From assembly GCA_040285855.1 (NCBI GenBank), contig JAUFOQ010000002.1:682001-746000 (forward strand): a DNA stretch of 64,000 nucleotides, given 5' to 3'. Under the pieces are notes generated by a model, which worked only from the letters and a program-made list of their open reading frames with translations, did not search any database and was not told the origin of the DNA. Source of the stretch: Eukaryota sp. GEM-RC1. Its lineage: Eukaryota. Shown piece after piece: positions 11,108 through 22,748 of the stretch; positions within the stretch are counted from its first letter, which is position 1; each line of letters starts with the position of its first letter. Made by a program: the position numbers and the translations under genes.

Positions 11108-12258
11108 CTATAAAAACAAATTTAAATCGCATATGGTGTATGAGGCTAGCAGTATCACGAGTAGTATCACCAGAGCAATTCGAATAGCTCTTTCAATTAC
11201 TGGGGTGGTGGTTTCACGAAGGGCGGAAGCAACTGCACTAAAGATGAGTTCAAGTTCCTTCTCGTCAAGTGAATGCTTAGAGTTTGCTAAAAGAGTAATC
11301 ACTGCCTCATGACCAGTCTTGACAACGCTGTCAACGTCAACAATCTTCTTAGGTTGAGGTTCAGTTATCTAGAATTAGATCAGTGGATTCATGTATGAAA
11401 GAAAAGTGAACTTCACTTCACATCTTCGAGTCCTATACTAGACCATGCACACTTATCTCATTCAATAAACAACATCTTCTTTATTTTGTTCTACTTGCCA
11501 GTTGTTTCTGCAAAACAGGTCCTACATTTAACTTCTTTATCTCTAACTTCTTTCTCTTATCGCTGCCTGAGATAGGCTTTTCCTTTCCACACGGCTGTCC
11601 CAAAGTCTTGGAAACAAGTGATCCTAGGGAGGATTGAATTTCATTGTTTTCAGTAGGAGTAGAAGGAGCGGATTCAACGGGAGAGTTACGAGAGGACTTT
11701 GTGAGAGGTTCTGGAGTTGTGGCTTCTTTGCTCACAACTTTAGCTTCTTTAAGGTGCTTGTTCTTTTCTTAACAATATGAGTTCTTTCATGAATAACATT
11801 AGGAGCAATTGAATAAAACTCAGAAAGATCTTCGTTTTCTTCAGCATTCATACCATACACTTTCTTAAAACGTGAAGAAATGTCTGGTACTTTTGCGCCT
11901 TGGGAAGCTAAATATTGAGTTCTAGAATTAATAAAGTGAACAATATTCTCAAAAAGTCTTCCTTAGACTGTACCAAGTCTGAGAGGAATTCATCATTGTT
12001 GGTACTTATAGAAAGTCCATCTGTTGAATTATCACGAGGTCGTGAAATTAGAATATAATCCCCATTGGGACCGAGCTGAACACTTTTACCATCCACCTTT
12101 GTCGATGTATAACTAAAGACGTTATAGACATCCTGGTGCTTGTTCATATTCTTTCTTCGGAAAGCGTTAGAGCGTCGTTTCTTGATATAATTGACAGACA
12201 TAGACGTAGCATCATCTGAAGACTGATATGAGAGTGAATAAAGACATACAACTGACAT
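11108..12258 (-). CDS. Hypothetical protein, fragmented (frameshifts and a probable short intron); C-terminal hydrophobic segment
   Basis: Consecutive same-strand ORFs 11908..12357, 11481..11735 and 11108..11302. A CTAAT-TCTAG branch/acceptor motif ending at 11369 is in frame with the last exon. No recognised homology. Confidence 0.35.
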
Positions 12259-12301
12259 TGGATTTTTTGCCGGAAAAATATTTTCCTTCACTATCAATTC
12301 A

Positions 12302-13105
12302 ATGACCAACAATATCTTACAAGATTGTTTGGCAACATTCTTTGAAACATATCTCATTCAACAAATACAAGCATGTGGGTGTATCAAATGCATGGCCATA
12401 GGAGAACTTAACTCTCTTGACAAATTGACATCACTTTTGTCTCACATACATCGTATGAGCTTTCATCCAAATCTTGAAGATGACTTAACTTCTTTATCTC
12501 CTTTACTTTCAATCTGCTCACATATACTAGCGAAATGTAAGACAATGCCGTCGATTCCATTGTGGAACGTGGTATTCAAAATTGTTTGTTGTTGTTGTAG
12601 TAGTGTAGATGTTGAGGGAATGCTAAATTGTTTTTCTGTCCTGTTATTTGTACTTGCAAATTCTTTACAAGCAATGTATAACACGTTGTTGATCACAAAG
12701 TGTGCAAGAATATTGTTTCTCAATGATATTTCCGAATTTCTTTGGAGTATTAGTGATCGGCAGTGTCTAGTTAAAGTATTGACAGTTTTGCTACTGTCCT
12801 TGAATGTTGATGAATGTAGGGAATTGTTACTTACTGAAGTATTCCAAGAGTTTACAGGATGTTCTGAACCATTGACAGATATAATTCTTATGTGTGAGAA
12901 CAGTCAAGATGAGGAGTTTATTGAAATGTCCGTTGTTGTTAAAAGGGTGTCTTCGTTGTTCAACTTGTTTGATGTGAATGAGATTTGTGAATGTGATGCA
13001 GATTGTGACAAGGAGTTTGTGAGTTTCATTGATTCATTGCTTAAGTATAAAGAACAGTTTTATTTTATAACATATAGCAATGAGGAGATTACAGTCGACA
13101 TATAG
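12302..13105 (+). CDS. Hypothetical Cys/Leu-rich protein
   Basis: Uninterrupted 267-aa ORF; no recognisable motif. Confidence 0.5.
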   Translation: MTNNILQDCLATFFETYLIQQIQACGCIKCMAIGELNSLDKLTSLLSHIHRMSFHPNLEDDLTSLSPLLSICSHILAKCKTMPSIPLWNVVFKIVCCCCSSVDVEGMLNCFSVLLFVLANSLQAMYNTLLITKCARILFLNDISEFLWSISDRQCLVKVLTVLLLSLNVDECRELLLTEVFQEFTGCSEPLTDIILMCENSQDEEFIEMSVVVKRVSSLFNLFDVNEICECDADCDKEFVSFIDSLLKYKEQFYFITYSNEEITVDI

Positions 13106-13561
13106 AGAACACAGATCGGTGTGTCCCACTTCTACGAGGAACATCAGCAGTGGAGGGAGGATGAGGATTACCTTGGATTTAGTGAAACAGAAGCAGAAGG
13201 TACCTTGTCTTCAGATAGAATGGCATCAACGAGGGCTAGGAGAGAGAACTCATGTTTGATTTGTAAGATCAAGGGAGTGTCTTTAAAAGACTCGGATATG
13301 AGTTAGAGTGCTCGAAAGTAGTCCAATGACACGATACATTGCTCTATTTCATCAAGATCGATCCCAACACCAACATCACCTTTTACAAAGACATATAATT
13401 TGACATATGAGACGATAGAAAGCTCATCATGGTAGAATAAGCTTCTAAGAATTATGTACGACCAGCATTTTCCATACAGTGGAGATAGATATATAAATTA
13501 TAATGAAAGGAAAGTTTCCCTGCACAATCTGCATCTTAAACATCACCACTTCACACACTCA

Positions 13562-16011
13562 ATGTCCATTATCAACACACTTACAGACGAACAGGCTCAG
13601 GTCTTCCAAGCTATTACTCATGCTAGACCTTCTAAGCGTCGAAATTTCTTCATTACTGGTGGTGCCGGATCGGGCAAGTCTTACCTACTGTACTGTCTTA
13701 AACAGTGGTGGTCTAATGCGGGTTCCAAGCTAATGAGACCCAATGGCCATGTCTTTTTTACTGCTACTACTGGTGTTGCTTCCACTGTCTTTGGTGGTCA
13801 AACCCTACACTCTCTCTTTGGTTATAATTTTATCCGTAATGAAAAACCAATATCTGATGTCATTCGCTCTATGCCTTCAAGTGTTAAGTCTGTTTTACGA
13901 ACTATTAGTGCCCGAAATTCAATGCTTGTTATTGATGAAATTTCAATGTTGACTGCTGAATTATTCAACAGAGCATCAGATATATTTAAAGATTTAATGA
14001 AGTCTCAGTTACCATTTGGTGGACTTCAAGTAGTAATTTTTGGTGATTTTTTGCAACTTGCACCAATTGTAAAGTCTGACTCAAACACACGTACTGTTCT
14101 TCAACTTTCAGACTTTACGTTTTCATCACAGTCTTGGAAGGACTTGAATTTGAATTTTATTGAATTATCTGGAAGTATCCGACAACAAAATGATGTCAAT
14201 TTTTATAATTTTTTGAATGAACTACGTCTCGGTCTTTTTGATGACTATATGAAACATATTTTATTGAAACATAAGTCACTAGCCAAAAATATTGAAAGTC
14301 CAACCAAATTATTTGCTAGAAACAAGGATGTCGCCGACGAAAATTTAAAACAATTTGATATATTATGTGAACAAGGTAATGAAAATGTTGAATTTCATTC
14401 CCTCGATAAGTTCAATGAAAACTTAATTAAATCAGAAATTGTTAAAAGTTGGGCATTTGGTAAGCCTAATGAGGAACAAATGGAAAAGGCTGTTGATTTA
14501 AATTTAAAAAAATTATCAAGTAGGCTAAACGATTTTGCCGAACAAAAATTTCACTGTGTCGTCGGGGGTTTGGTAATGTTTACCCAAAACAAACCAGATC
14601 TGGGCCTAGTAAATGGGTCAAAAGGCAAAATTATTGATTTTTCGGAAAGTTCACATTTCATTAATGTAAGATTCGGGAGGGACGAAGAACCAATCAAAAT
14701 TATTCCGACTAAATTTGAAATTGAGGTGTTGAATGAGAAGAAAAAGCCTGTAATTATAGCATCCCGATTGCAATATCCTCTTCGTCCTTGTTGGGCAATA
14801 ACAGTCCATAGATCTCAGGGACTAACAATTGAAGGAATTGAAGTATCATTAAATTTTTGGGAATATGCCCAATTGTACGTTACATTGAGTCGAGTGAAGA
14901 ACTGGAACTCAATTAAAATTTTAGATATTTCTTCAAGATTTCCCAAACCAAGAATTGATCTTTATCAGTGGTATTATTCCACTTTTCACCCCTGTCGACC
15001 GGTTACAAAACCTCTTTATCCTTTGCCATTAGAAGATGAAAGAATTGTTAGAAATTGGCCTTCTGTGTTGAAAACTTTTGATGAATTTTCGTCCAATATT
15101 ATTTCTAGTGTTGGTCAAAGTACAGAAACTGTTGATGTTCTTGATCCAGTCAGTGAAGAAATTAAGGAAGATTTGGTGGAAAAAGATGTTCCAAAAATTG
15201 AAAATTTTAATACCACTTCTGATTCAGTTTTAGAATTATTCGATAATGAAGTTGTTGTCTCTGGAAGTGATAGTGGAGATGATGAAACTGATGATGATGA
15301 CGATGCGTCGTCTAGTATGAATGATTTTGTTGTGAATGATGACGATGAGTGTCTCAATAATCAAAGTGTAAGTGCCATCAATTCTGATTTAATTTTTAAC
15401 AAGCCTGTGCCAAAACTGAAAAAAACAACAGTTACTGCTTTGCCTAAATTGAGACCAAATCTATTGTGTCGAAATACTCTCAAACCAAATTCGAATTTAC
15501 CTAGTTTGAAATTATCAAAAAAGTTACAGATCATGTGGACACTGAATCTGTCAACAGATTACCAAATTCTCTTGGTATTCAGACAGATTTTGAAAAAAAC
15601 TTGAACAATACTCATAATATTGCAATGCAGACAGAAACAAAGGTTCTCACAATTGTCCACGATATTGTACCACTACACTGGAACCAAAATGATTCAACAT
15701 CAGACTGTCAATCACATATGAGTTTGAAACTTGAGTTGTTAAAAGATTTAAATTTATTGATGGCCAAAATTTTGAATTTTCATTTAAATGATAGGGACAA
15801 GTACTTTAATGTGTTGTCATTGACCAATACTTTTGTTGTGTCGATACTAGATTTAAATGATGAATTGGTTTGTGATGAACAATGTTTGGGAATATTGGAT
15901 GAATATCGTGAAGTGATGTGTGAGTATTGTTGTGGGATTGGATATAAGGAGTCGTTTTCGTTGGCTGTGATGTTTGCGAGGGTGATGGGGGGATATAGTA
16001 GTGTTAGTTAA
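13562..16011 (+). CDS. PIF1: PIF1-family (SF1B) DNA helicase with acidic low-complexity C-terminal extension; frameshift in the A-run near 15520
   Basis: LTDEQ, ITGGAGSGKS, ATTGVAS, GGQTLHSLFG, IDEISML, PFGGLQVVIFGDFLQLAPI, RQQND, LVNGSKG, RLQYPLRPCWAITVHRSQGLTI, QLYVTLSRV. Likely start MSIINTL at 13562. Confidence 0.93.
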
Positions 16012-16060
16012 GTTTGATAAATTGAGATTGTATATTGTATTGGTTGTGTTTAACGACATT

Positions 16061-16606
16061 ATATATAGAAGAAAAAATTATGAGCAACAACAATTCAATA
16101 CACATACGACACGTTGATTGAGATTGATTCTCACCAAATGTTGTTTCACCAAATGTTGTATCACCAAATGTTGTATCACCAAATGTTGTTTCACCAAATG
16201 TTGTAGTTACAAATGTTGTTTCACCAAATGTTGTATCACCAAATGTTGTATCACCAAATGTTGTCATTACAAATGTTGTAGTTACAAATGTTGTTTCACC
16301 AAATGTTGTCATTACAAATGTTGTAGTTACAAATGTTGTTTCACCAAATGTTGTCATTACAAATGTTGTATCACCAAATGTTGTCATTACAAATGTTGTA
16401 TCACCAAATGTTGTATCACCAAATGTTGTAGTTACAAATATTGTTTCACCAAATGTTGTAGTTTCAAATGTTGTATCACCAAATGTTGTTTCACCAAATG
16501 TATATATAGAAGAAAAAAATATCAATGTCAACAATTCATTACACATACGACACTATTGTCATTACAAAAGTTGTATCACCAAATGTTGTAGTTACAAATG
16601 TTGTAC
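16061..16606. repeat. 15-bp minisatellite (core CAAATGTTGT; TCACCAAATGTTGTA and variants), ~25 units at 16131-16500 plus ~3 at 16560-16606, each block preceded by a ~52-bp header
   Basis: Exact 15-bp phase over 370 bp; header TATATAGAAGAAAAAA...ACACATACGACAC at 16061-16112 and 16502-16553. Confidence 0.97.
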
Positions 16607-16919
16607 ATGTAGTTATAACTTGGTGTCTTTGTGTCTTCTGATGCATGAAGCTTCATGAAGCAAACCTTAATGTTTTCCTTGGGAGGATAAGATGTCAATG
16701 TGATGTATGTGTTGTAAGATGGTTGTACAACGTTGATTTTATTCTTGACATGGTTGAACACGGTTCACAATTCTAAGAACGAATACCTGCAAACACGTCT
16801 CTATCTTGAAAGAAGCTCAACACTGGATATCAAACGATGTATGGAATCCATCAAAGAAGGTATAAGTGAATCAGTTTGGGGATGTGGTTATGGGGTGAAG
16901 AGTATTTGGGGTAAAATGA

Positions 16920-16957
16920 TTTTGGGGAGTATGCACCCCAAATGAATTCAACACTAG
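16920..16957 (+). mobile_element. Candidate Helitron-like 3' terminus (hairpin + CTAG followed by T)
   Basis: TTTGGGG-AGTATGCA-CCCCAAA stem-loop (16921-16942), 11 nt spacer, CTAG (16954-16957), next base T; co-oriented with PIF1. Confidence 0.45.
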
Positions 16958-16977
16958 TACAGTAGTACTTCTTTACA

Positions 16978-19634
16978 ATGTCTAAACCACATCGCTCTAG
17001 ATTACCTTATCACCCATCTCAAAGGTTGACTTTGGTCCTCCACCTCCTGGTTACGTTCCTGGTGTGGGCCGTGGACTTATCAACACTCAAACCTTTGGAG
17101 GAGCTTTAGATGGTGGAGGACGCTTCAAAGGAAAACGCATACCAGGTCAACCCATTGAATCTGCTCAAGAGTCCTTCTTTTCTACTGACATTTCTAAAGA
17201 AAAGAAGGAGAACGTATGTGGTCAAACATAGACAATCTCCTTGAATCCCGTAAACGTACTTCCTCCTCCTCACTTCCGACAAAGAGACCTACTCACCTAT
17301 CTGATACCAAATCTTTCCTCACCAAACTCTCCACTTCTGACTGGACAAACATCCCTGACTGTGGTGATCCACTTGCCAGGGAACTCCGTAATGAAGGGGC
17401 TACCATTAGAGAACACTGGACTCCAGTGCCAGACTCGTTGATTGTGACCGGTCACAATCAACTTCGATCAAATATTATGGTTGCTCGGATTGAAGGGTCT
17501 ACTAAAGTCAATTCTGCTGATGATGTTGACGTTTCTGATTACCTACAATCCCTTCGTAAACTTTCCCAAGACGACACCCCACAAGACGAAGCTTTCATTG
17601 GTGATGCAGGCAAGATCTCCTCTATCCTAGACGAGGTAATCAGAGCCAACCCCCACTCCCCCAGTGCTTGGTTATCTGCTGTGAGAGCTGCTGTAAGGGC
17701 GGGATCTTTAAAGAAAGCAAGGGGGTTGGCTTTACAAGGAGTATTGAGATGTCCTAAGAGTGAAGAACTGTGGGTGGAGGTGGTGGAGTTGGTCAAGAGT
17801 GTTGAGGAGAAGAAAAAGATGGTTAAGAAGGGACTGAATGTACTTCCTGAGAGTGAGCAGCTGTGGTTGAGGTATATAGAGATTGTGGAGAAGGGGGATA
17901 GAAAGGAAGTGATTAGAAGAGCTCTTGATCACGTCAGCAAGTCAATCAAGTTGTGGAGGATCTATATTGATTCATTGGATCTTGTTGAGAAGAGTGAGGG
18001 GTTAAGGGAGGCCTCGTTGGCTTTGGAAGATCAATTTATTGAGTTTCATGCTGAGTTGTTAGAGGTTAAGTTACGACTTTTGAGTGAAAATCGTGATTTA
18101 GATATTACCGAGTTGTCAAATTTGATTGATGAGTTCTTTTTGGGAAAGAGTGAAGTTGATTTTGGTGGTCGTGACGGTCTAACTCAGTTTTTAATTGGAT
18201 ATATTAAGAAATTGAATGAGTTTGACTGTTTTTACAGTGTGATATTCATTGAAAAAGTTCGTATCTTTTTAAATTTTGACCATAATGACTTTATATCTTT
18301 TCTATCAAGTCAGGAATCACTATCCGAATTCTCTCTTACAACTACCTTTTTCAACGTTGTTTCCGACCCTCATCACGATCAGAAATGGAAAGAACTCATA
18401 AGTACTGTTGCTTTTTCAAATATTCCTGAACGATTCAGATCAATCTTTCTTCAATTATTTAATTATTTCAATGTTGATCCAAATCCTTCATCATTACCTT
18501 TTGCCTTGTCTCTATCCAATGAACTTTTGAAAAAGTGTTTTACATTTGCCTTCTTCTTTTGCCCAATGTCTACTAAATTGGTTGGAACTTTGGTTAAAAT
18601 TTTAAATTTTAAAAATCATTTGGATCAAGCTGCAAGTGTATGTTTTGAATACTTTAATAATTTAGATATTTCAAATCATCTTGACTCTCAGGATTTACTT
18701 CTCCTTATAGATTTGTTCTGTAAAGTGATAGTTCAACAAAAGTCTATCGTTGCACTGACCGAAGTTTGTCCAATTTTTGAAACAATCATTAACAATCCTG
18801 ATGTAAATCACGATTCTTTTGTTCTCTTGTATGTCAAGGTGCTGATCTCTTTGAATCAACGTGATCAATCAATCAAACTGTTAGCGAACTACTCCCTTGA
18901 AGATTCTGAAACACTGTCAGTTGCACTCTTTTGACCTTTACAGAGATTACTGATTGTGAGCGGTTTGTCTTTCAACTGGTCAACAAGAAGAAGATTTATA
19001 CGTTGGTATTGGAATTGTTTTTCTCGAAGTTGAAAACGTCATCACTGTTGACCTCTCACTCAATAGGAAAGTATAGGGCTTTTCTGGAACGAGTTCTTTT
19101 GATTGCAAAAAAGAGCTCAATCAATCAAAACAAGTTTCTATTTGGTTGTTAATGTCAGAACTAGAATTGAAATTTTCTCTAGATTCTGCTGTTAGTACCC
19201 TAAGTCGAGCTCTCAAAGCACTTCCAGACGAACACAAAGGCCAAATTTACTCTAAATTTTTAAATATTTGTCCACCACCTCTAAAGAAATCAATTACCAG
19301 GGATGCACTCAAACTACTTCCCAATTGTCCTTTTGTTCTTTCTTCTTCTGCCGTTGTTCTCTTCCAACAAGGAGCTCCAAACAAAGCCAAGAAGTTCTTT
19401 AAACTAGCTTCTAAAGTGACACGTCACAATGACGTGGATGTTTTATCTCTTTGGATGAAGTTTGAGCAGTTAAGAAGTGATGACGTTGAGTGTGTTGGGA
19501 TAAGGAATCAGTTTCTACAGATGGATTGGTATATCGGACGAAATTTTAATATTTTCAGATTTGAAAATAATTTAGATTGGGAATTTGATCTAAGCTCAAT
19601 TCAACTATTTATTGGCTCTTTTTCTATCGAGTAA
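16978..19634 (+). CDS. PRP6: Pre-mRNA splicing factor Prp6 (HAT/TPR repeats); four homopolymer frameshifts
   Basis: N-terminal DFGPPPPGYVPGVGRG, ERMWSNID, LSTSDWTNIPDCGD, NPHSPSAWLSA, GVLRCPKSEELW and HAT repeats. Confidence 0.92.
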
Positions 19635-19677
19635 ATTACATAATTCAAACGGTGTTCATTAACACCTTTTAATTCTA

Positions 19678-21418
19678 CTACTGACCAAACACGTCTTCAA
19701 TCCACTTTTTAACGCCTTCATCGTCACGTACCCCTGCCAAGGTTGCCCAACTGTCACTGTCAATATGAGCTGATATCCACGAGATCAATGGAGCATGATT
19801 GATTCCTTCTACATCCATTAAAACTGTTTTCAAAGCTTCACCTAAATCTTCTTCTATAAGCATTAGGTTTTCTTGAAGTTGTTGTTCATGATGAGGAGGC
19901 TTTGGAAGTGATAAAACTGCTCTCAGAACCCTTTCAGTGTTATAGTCAATCTCTTTTTCTTGGAATTCTTCAATGATTTTGGTCTCGGCTTCAATGAGGC
20001 TTTTTTCTCCACCAATAAAGTATTTTACTTCGTTGAGAGCTACTATTATTCGCTGAATTGCGGTAATTACCAGATTACAGATCTTTTCTAGTAAACTAGA
20101 TTCTGTTCTTAAAAGTAATTGTTCTGATCTTATTCTCAACATTGGTTCTCTCAATAGACATTGTTGTTCTAGGGCTTTAGTATCGAGTCCGCTTCCATCA
20201 AGACATCGTAGGAAGAAAGAAAAGATACAGGAGGGATCGAGTGACCTTGTCATCCTGAAGAGAAAACATTTCTGCTACATAGGCAAGTAACAAGCTTTCT
20301 TTGGATGAACAAAGAAGGCGTAGAGGTCCTGGGTATTCACCAGGGAGAAGATCAATAATCAGTTGAATGCAGGCATCAAGAATTGGCATATCACACTTTT
20401 CTGCAACTGACAATGCTATCACCATGGGATTAGCAGGAAACATTGTTTTGTCATCAATTAAAGCCCTTGATGCAATCTCGTGTGTTAAATGTAGCTGAGC
20501 CATTTCTCCCACAAAGTGAGTTCTGACTGCATCTCTGCTCTCCTGATGTTTTGCCATCAAGATTCTGATGGTTTTGGTTTCGATCAATTTTACTATCGTG
20601 TTCAAATAATCAATGGCAGAAGAACATTCAATCAAAATATGATTTTTGACTTCTTTCCTATCAAACAGAGGGATCCATTTACTACAAAAGTCTCGATCAA
20701 AGACTTCTTCTCTTACTATTGTGTACTTTGGTGTGGAAAATCTAGGCAAACTCAGGACTGCAGCAGGTGTTCTTTCGAGTTCTCTCTCAATGATAATTGT
20801 TTCGTAGTCCCCCTTCTTTTGTCTTACTGCGGTTCCCATGACAAGAATGTCTAGAACTGGGTATTCGTACATCGCACATCCTGCAATTGCTATGGAACTA
20901 CCTAAAAACCGTAGAACATCATTAAAGAAGTCTGTTTCCACCACGATGTTCCGTATTTGTCCTAGAAAGAGAACATTTACACCTTCTTCAAGAATCTTCT
21001 CTAGAGTTTGAACGCTTAGATATATTAAACTACCTCCACGAATTTCTGCTGCTTCGTCAGCTTCAGTTAGGAGATCATGTAGAATTGCTTGTTCATCTGG
21101 AAACAGAGGTCGTTCGTTTGGTATTTCCATAATGATTCTTGCAATACTATCCTCCATTTGCTGTCTGGAAAATGGTCCCCAATTATCTGTTAACGAGCAC
21201 CACCGATGTTGAACTAAAGCGATTGTTCGGGTGTATCTCATTAACGCTTTTGTGATGAATACTGTCAATTGACATAATTCTTGCTTATCGTACATTATCA
21301 TTTCTTTGACCAGAAAGTCTTTGAGAGTTGGGAATTTCTGACGTATTTCTCTATTGTTGATGATGTTGGCAACAGCTGTTGTTGGTTGTTTTTGCCGGAA
21401 TATGGCGAGATATGTCAT
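19678..21418 (-). CDS. Hypothetical protein (~580 aa after joining 20198..21418 and 19678..20253)
   Basis: Two long overlapping same-strand ORFs with protein-like composition; no recognised motif. Confidence 0.65.
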
Positions 21419-21661
21419 TCTGATAAGTTACATTTATTCAGAGTTTTTTTGATTACCAAGGTTCGTAATCACTTCGCAGCTTCTTGATAATCTCTCTAAA
21501 CTACGTCACTGCTATTTCTTTTCACATTGGCGTTACATGCCCAATTATTCAATTCAATATTGCAGTTTAATCGAAATCTAGTTCGTTTATTGCCTCTCAG
21601 AAATACCAGTATATCACTATCAGAAAAAGTCAGATTAAGAATAAGAAGATTTTTTTGTTGA

Positions 21662-22327
21662 ATGATTTTCGGATGTTGTACAGAACTTCTCGAAGAAGAA
21701 CTGACGATTCTGTGCTATGATTTAACTGAATCAGACAAAACTCTACTCTATAAAGGTCACCCAACAGTGTTTGCTAAGCTTATCAAACATATGCTTCTTA
21801 ACTTCTCTTCTCTTGTATCCCGCTATCTCTACAACACTGGCTATACCATCAATTCAAGTCAGACTGATCGATATCTTGTGGAAACCAGTCTTCTTTTGCT
21901 TGTCACTGAGTTCTCATATCGGGAACTTATATCAATTGATCAAGTCTTTACATATCCCTCATCGCAATCTCTGACCTTTGAGAAACTGTTACTAGTATAC
22001 ATACTCGCTAAAGCTTTTAAGCGTAAGCACAACGAATTAGTTTTAGATGCATTTGCAAAGGACCCAAGAAGCAATCGTGCGGAGGTTGAACAGAAACTCT
22101 CTGCGTGGAGACACATTAAACCTCTAGCTGAGTACGAGCGTGAGTTTCGAGAACTGTACCGCCAAAATCTTCCCTCTCCAAATGTCAGTCATCGTAAAGT
22201 TACAAGTGATTCTGTTAGTAATAATGATTGTTTACTGCTTCCGGAATACTGTGTTGAAAATCAACAGAGTCCGCTTGATTTTGCACTTTGGGTTCAGGCC
22301 TTGTCACCAAAGAAAGCTGTATTATAA
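21662..22327 (+). CDS. Hypothetical protein (221 aa)
   Basis: ATG-started uninterrupted ORF divergent from the previous gene; no recognised motif. Confidence 0.6.
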   Translation: MIFGCCTELLEEELTILCYDLTESDKTLLYKGHPTVFAKLIKHMLLNFSSLVSRYLYNTGYTINSSQTDRYLVETSLLLLVTEFSYRELISIDQVFTYPSSQSLTFEKLLLVYILAKAFKRKHNELVLDAFAKDPRSNRAEVEQKLSAWRHIKPLAEYEREFRELYRQNLPSPNVSHRKVTSDSVSNNDCLLLPEYCVENQQSPLDFALWVQALSPKKAVL

Positions 22328-22748
22328 GACTGTTTAGTTTGATTGAAATATTTAATTTTTAGTTTCTCAATTTCGTGTAGTCCGGTTTACATCATGGTTG
22401 TTTCGATTTTATGTCCTACATTGTTTTGTCTTATAAAATAGATAGATGTAACTGTACGAGAAAGTGAATCAATGTTGGTAGACATCTATCAATACATACC
22501 TATACTATGTGACCTAAGTTACACTTTACATAAAATTATCTTCTTAGTCTTCTTGGAAATATCCTTTTGAAAAAATAGTTCAAAAACAACAGCTGAGAAG
22601 TTATATAAAATACTCACATCCAATTACGTGTTCTGATAATAGTTGTCCGAGTACGTTGATTGTATTAAATATCAGAGTCGGATTACTAATTGATTTTGTC
22701 TCTCAAAAGGCGGAAGATTTTTCAAACCAGTCTTAGTCGTGGATCATA

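Noticed and set aside
12302..13560. HUH Rep domain (SHIH, HLKHHH) that would make PIF1 a canonical Helitron RepHel
   Set aside because: No E.Q.RG..H.H context or YxxKY motif; isolated His pairs are insufficient.
16131..16606. CRISPR array, or Cys-rich (TKCC)n / (TTFGD)n proteins from ORFs 16118..16591 and 16004..16546
   Set aside because: The variable parts are only 5 bp and recur, so there are no unique spacers, and no cas genes are present. The open frames follow from a stop-free 15-bp unit.
16875..16930. Telomeric repeat tract
   Set aside because: The TTTGGGG units are separated by unrelated 7-9 bp spacers rather than tandem.
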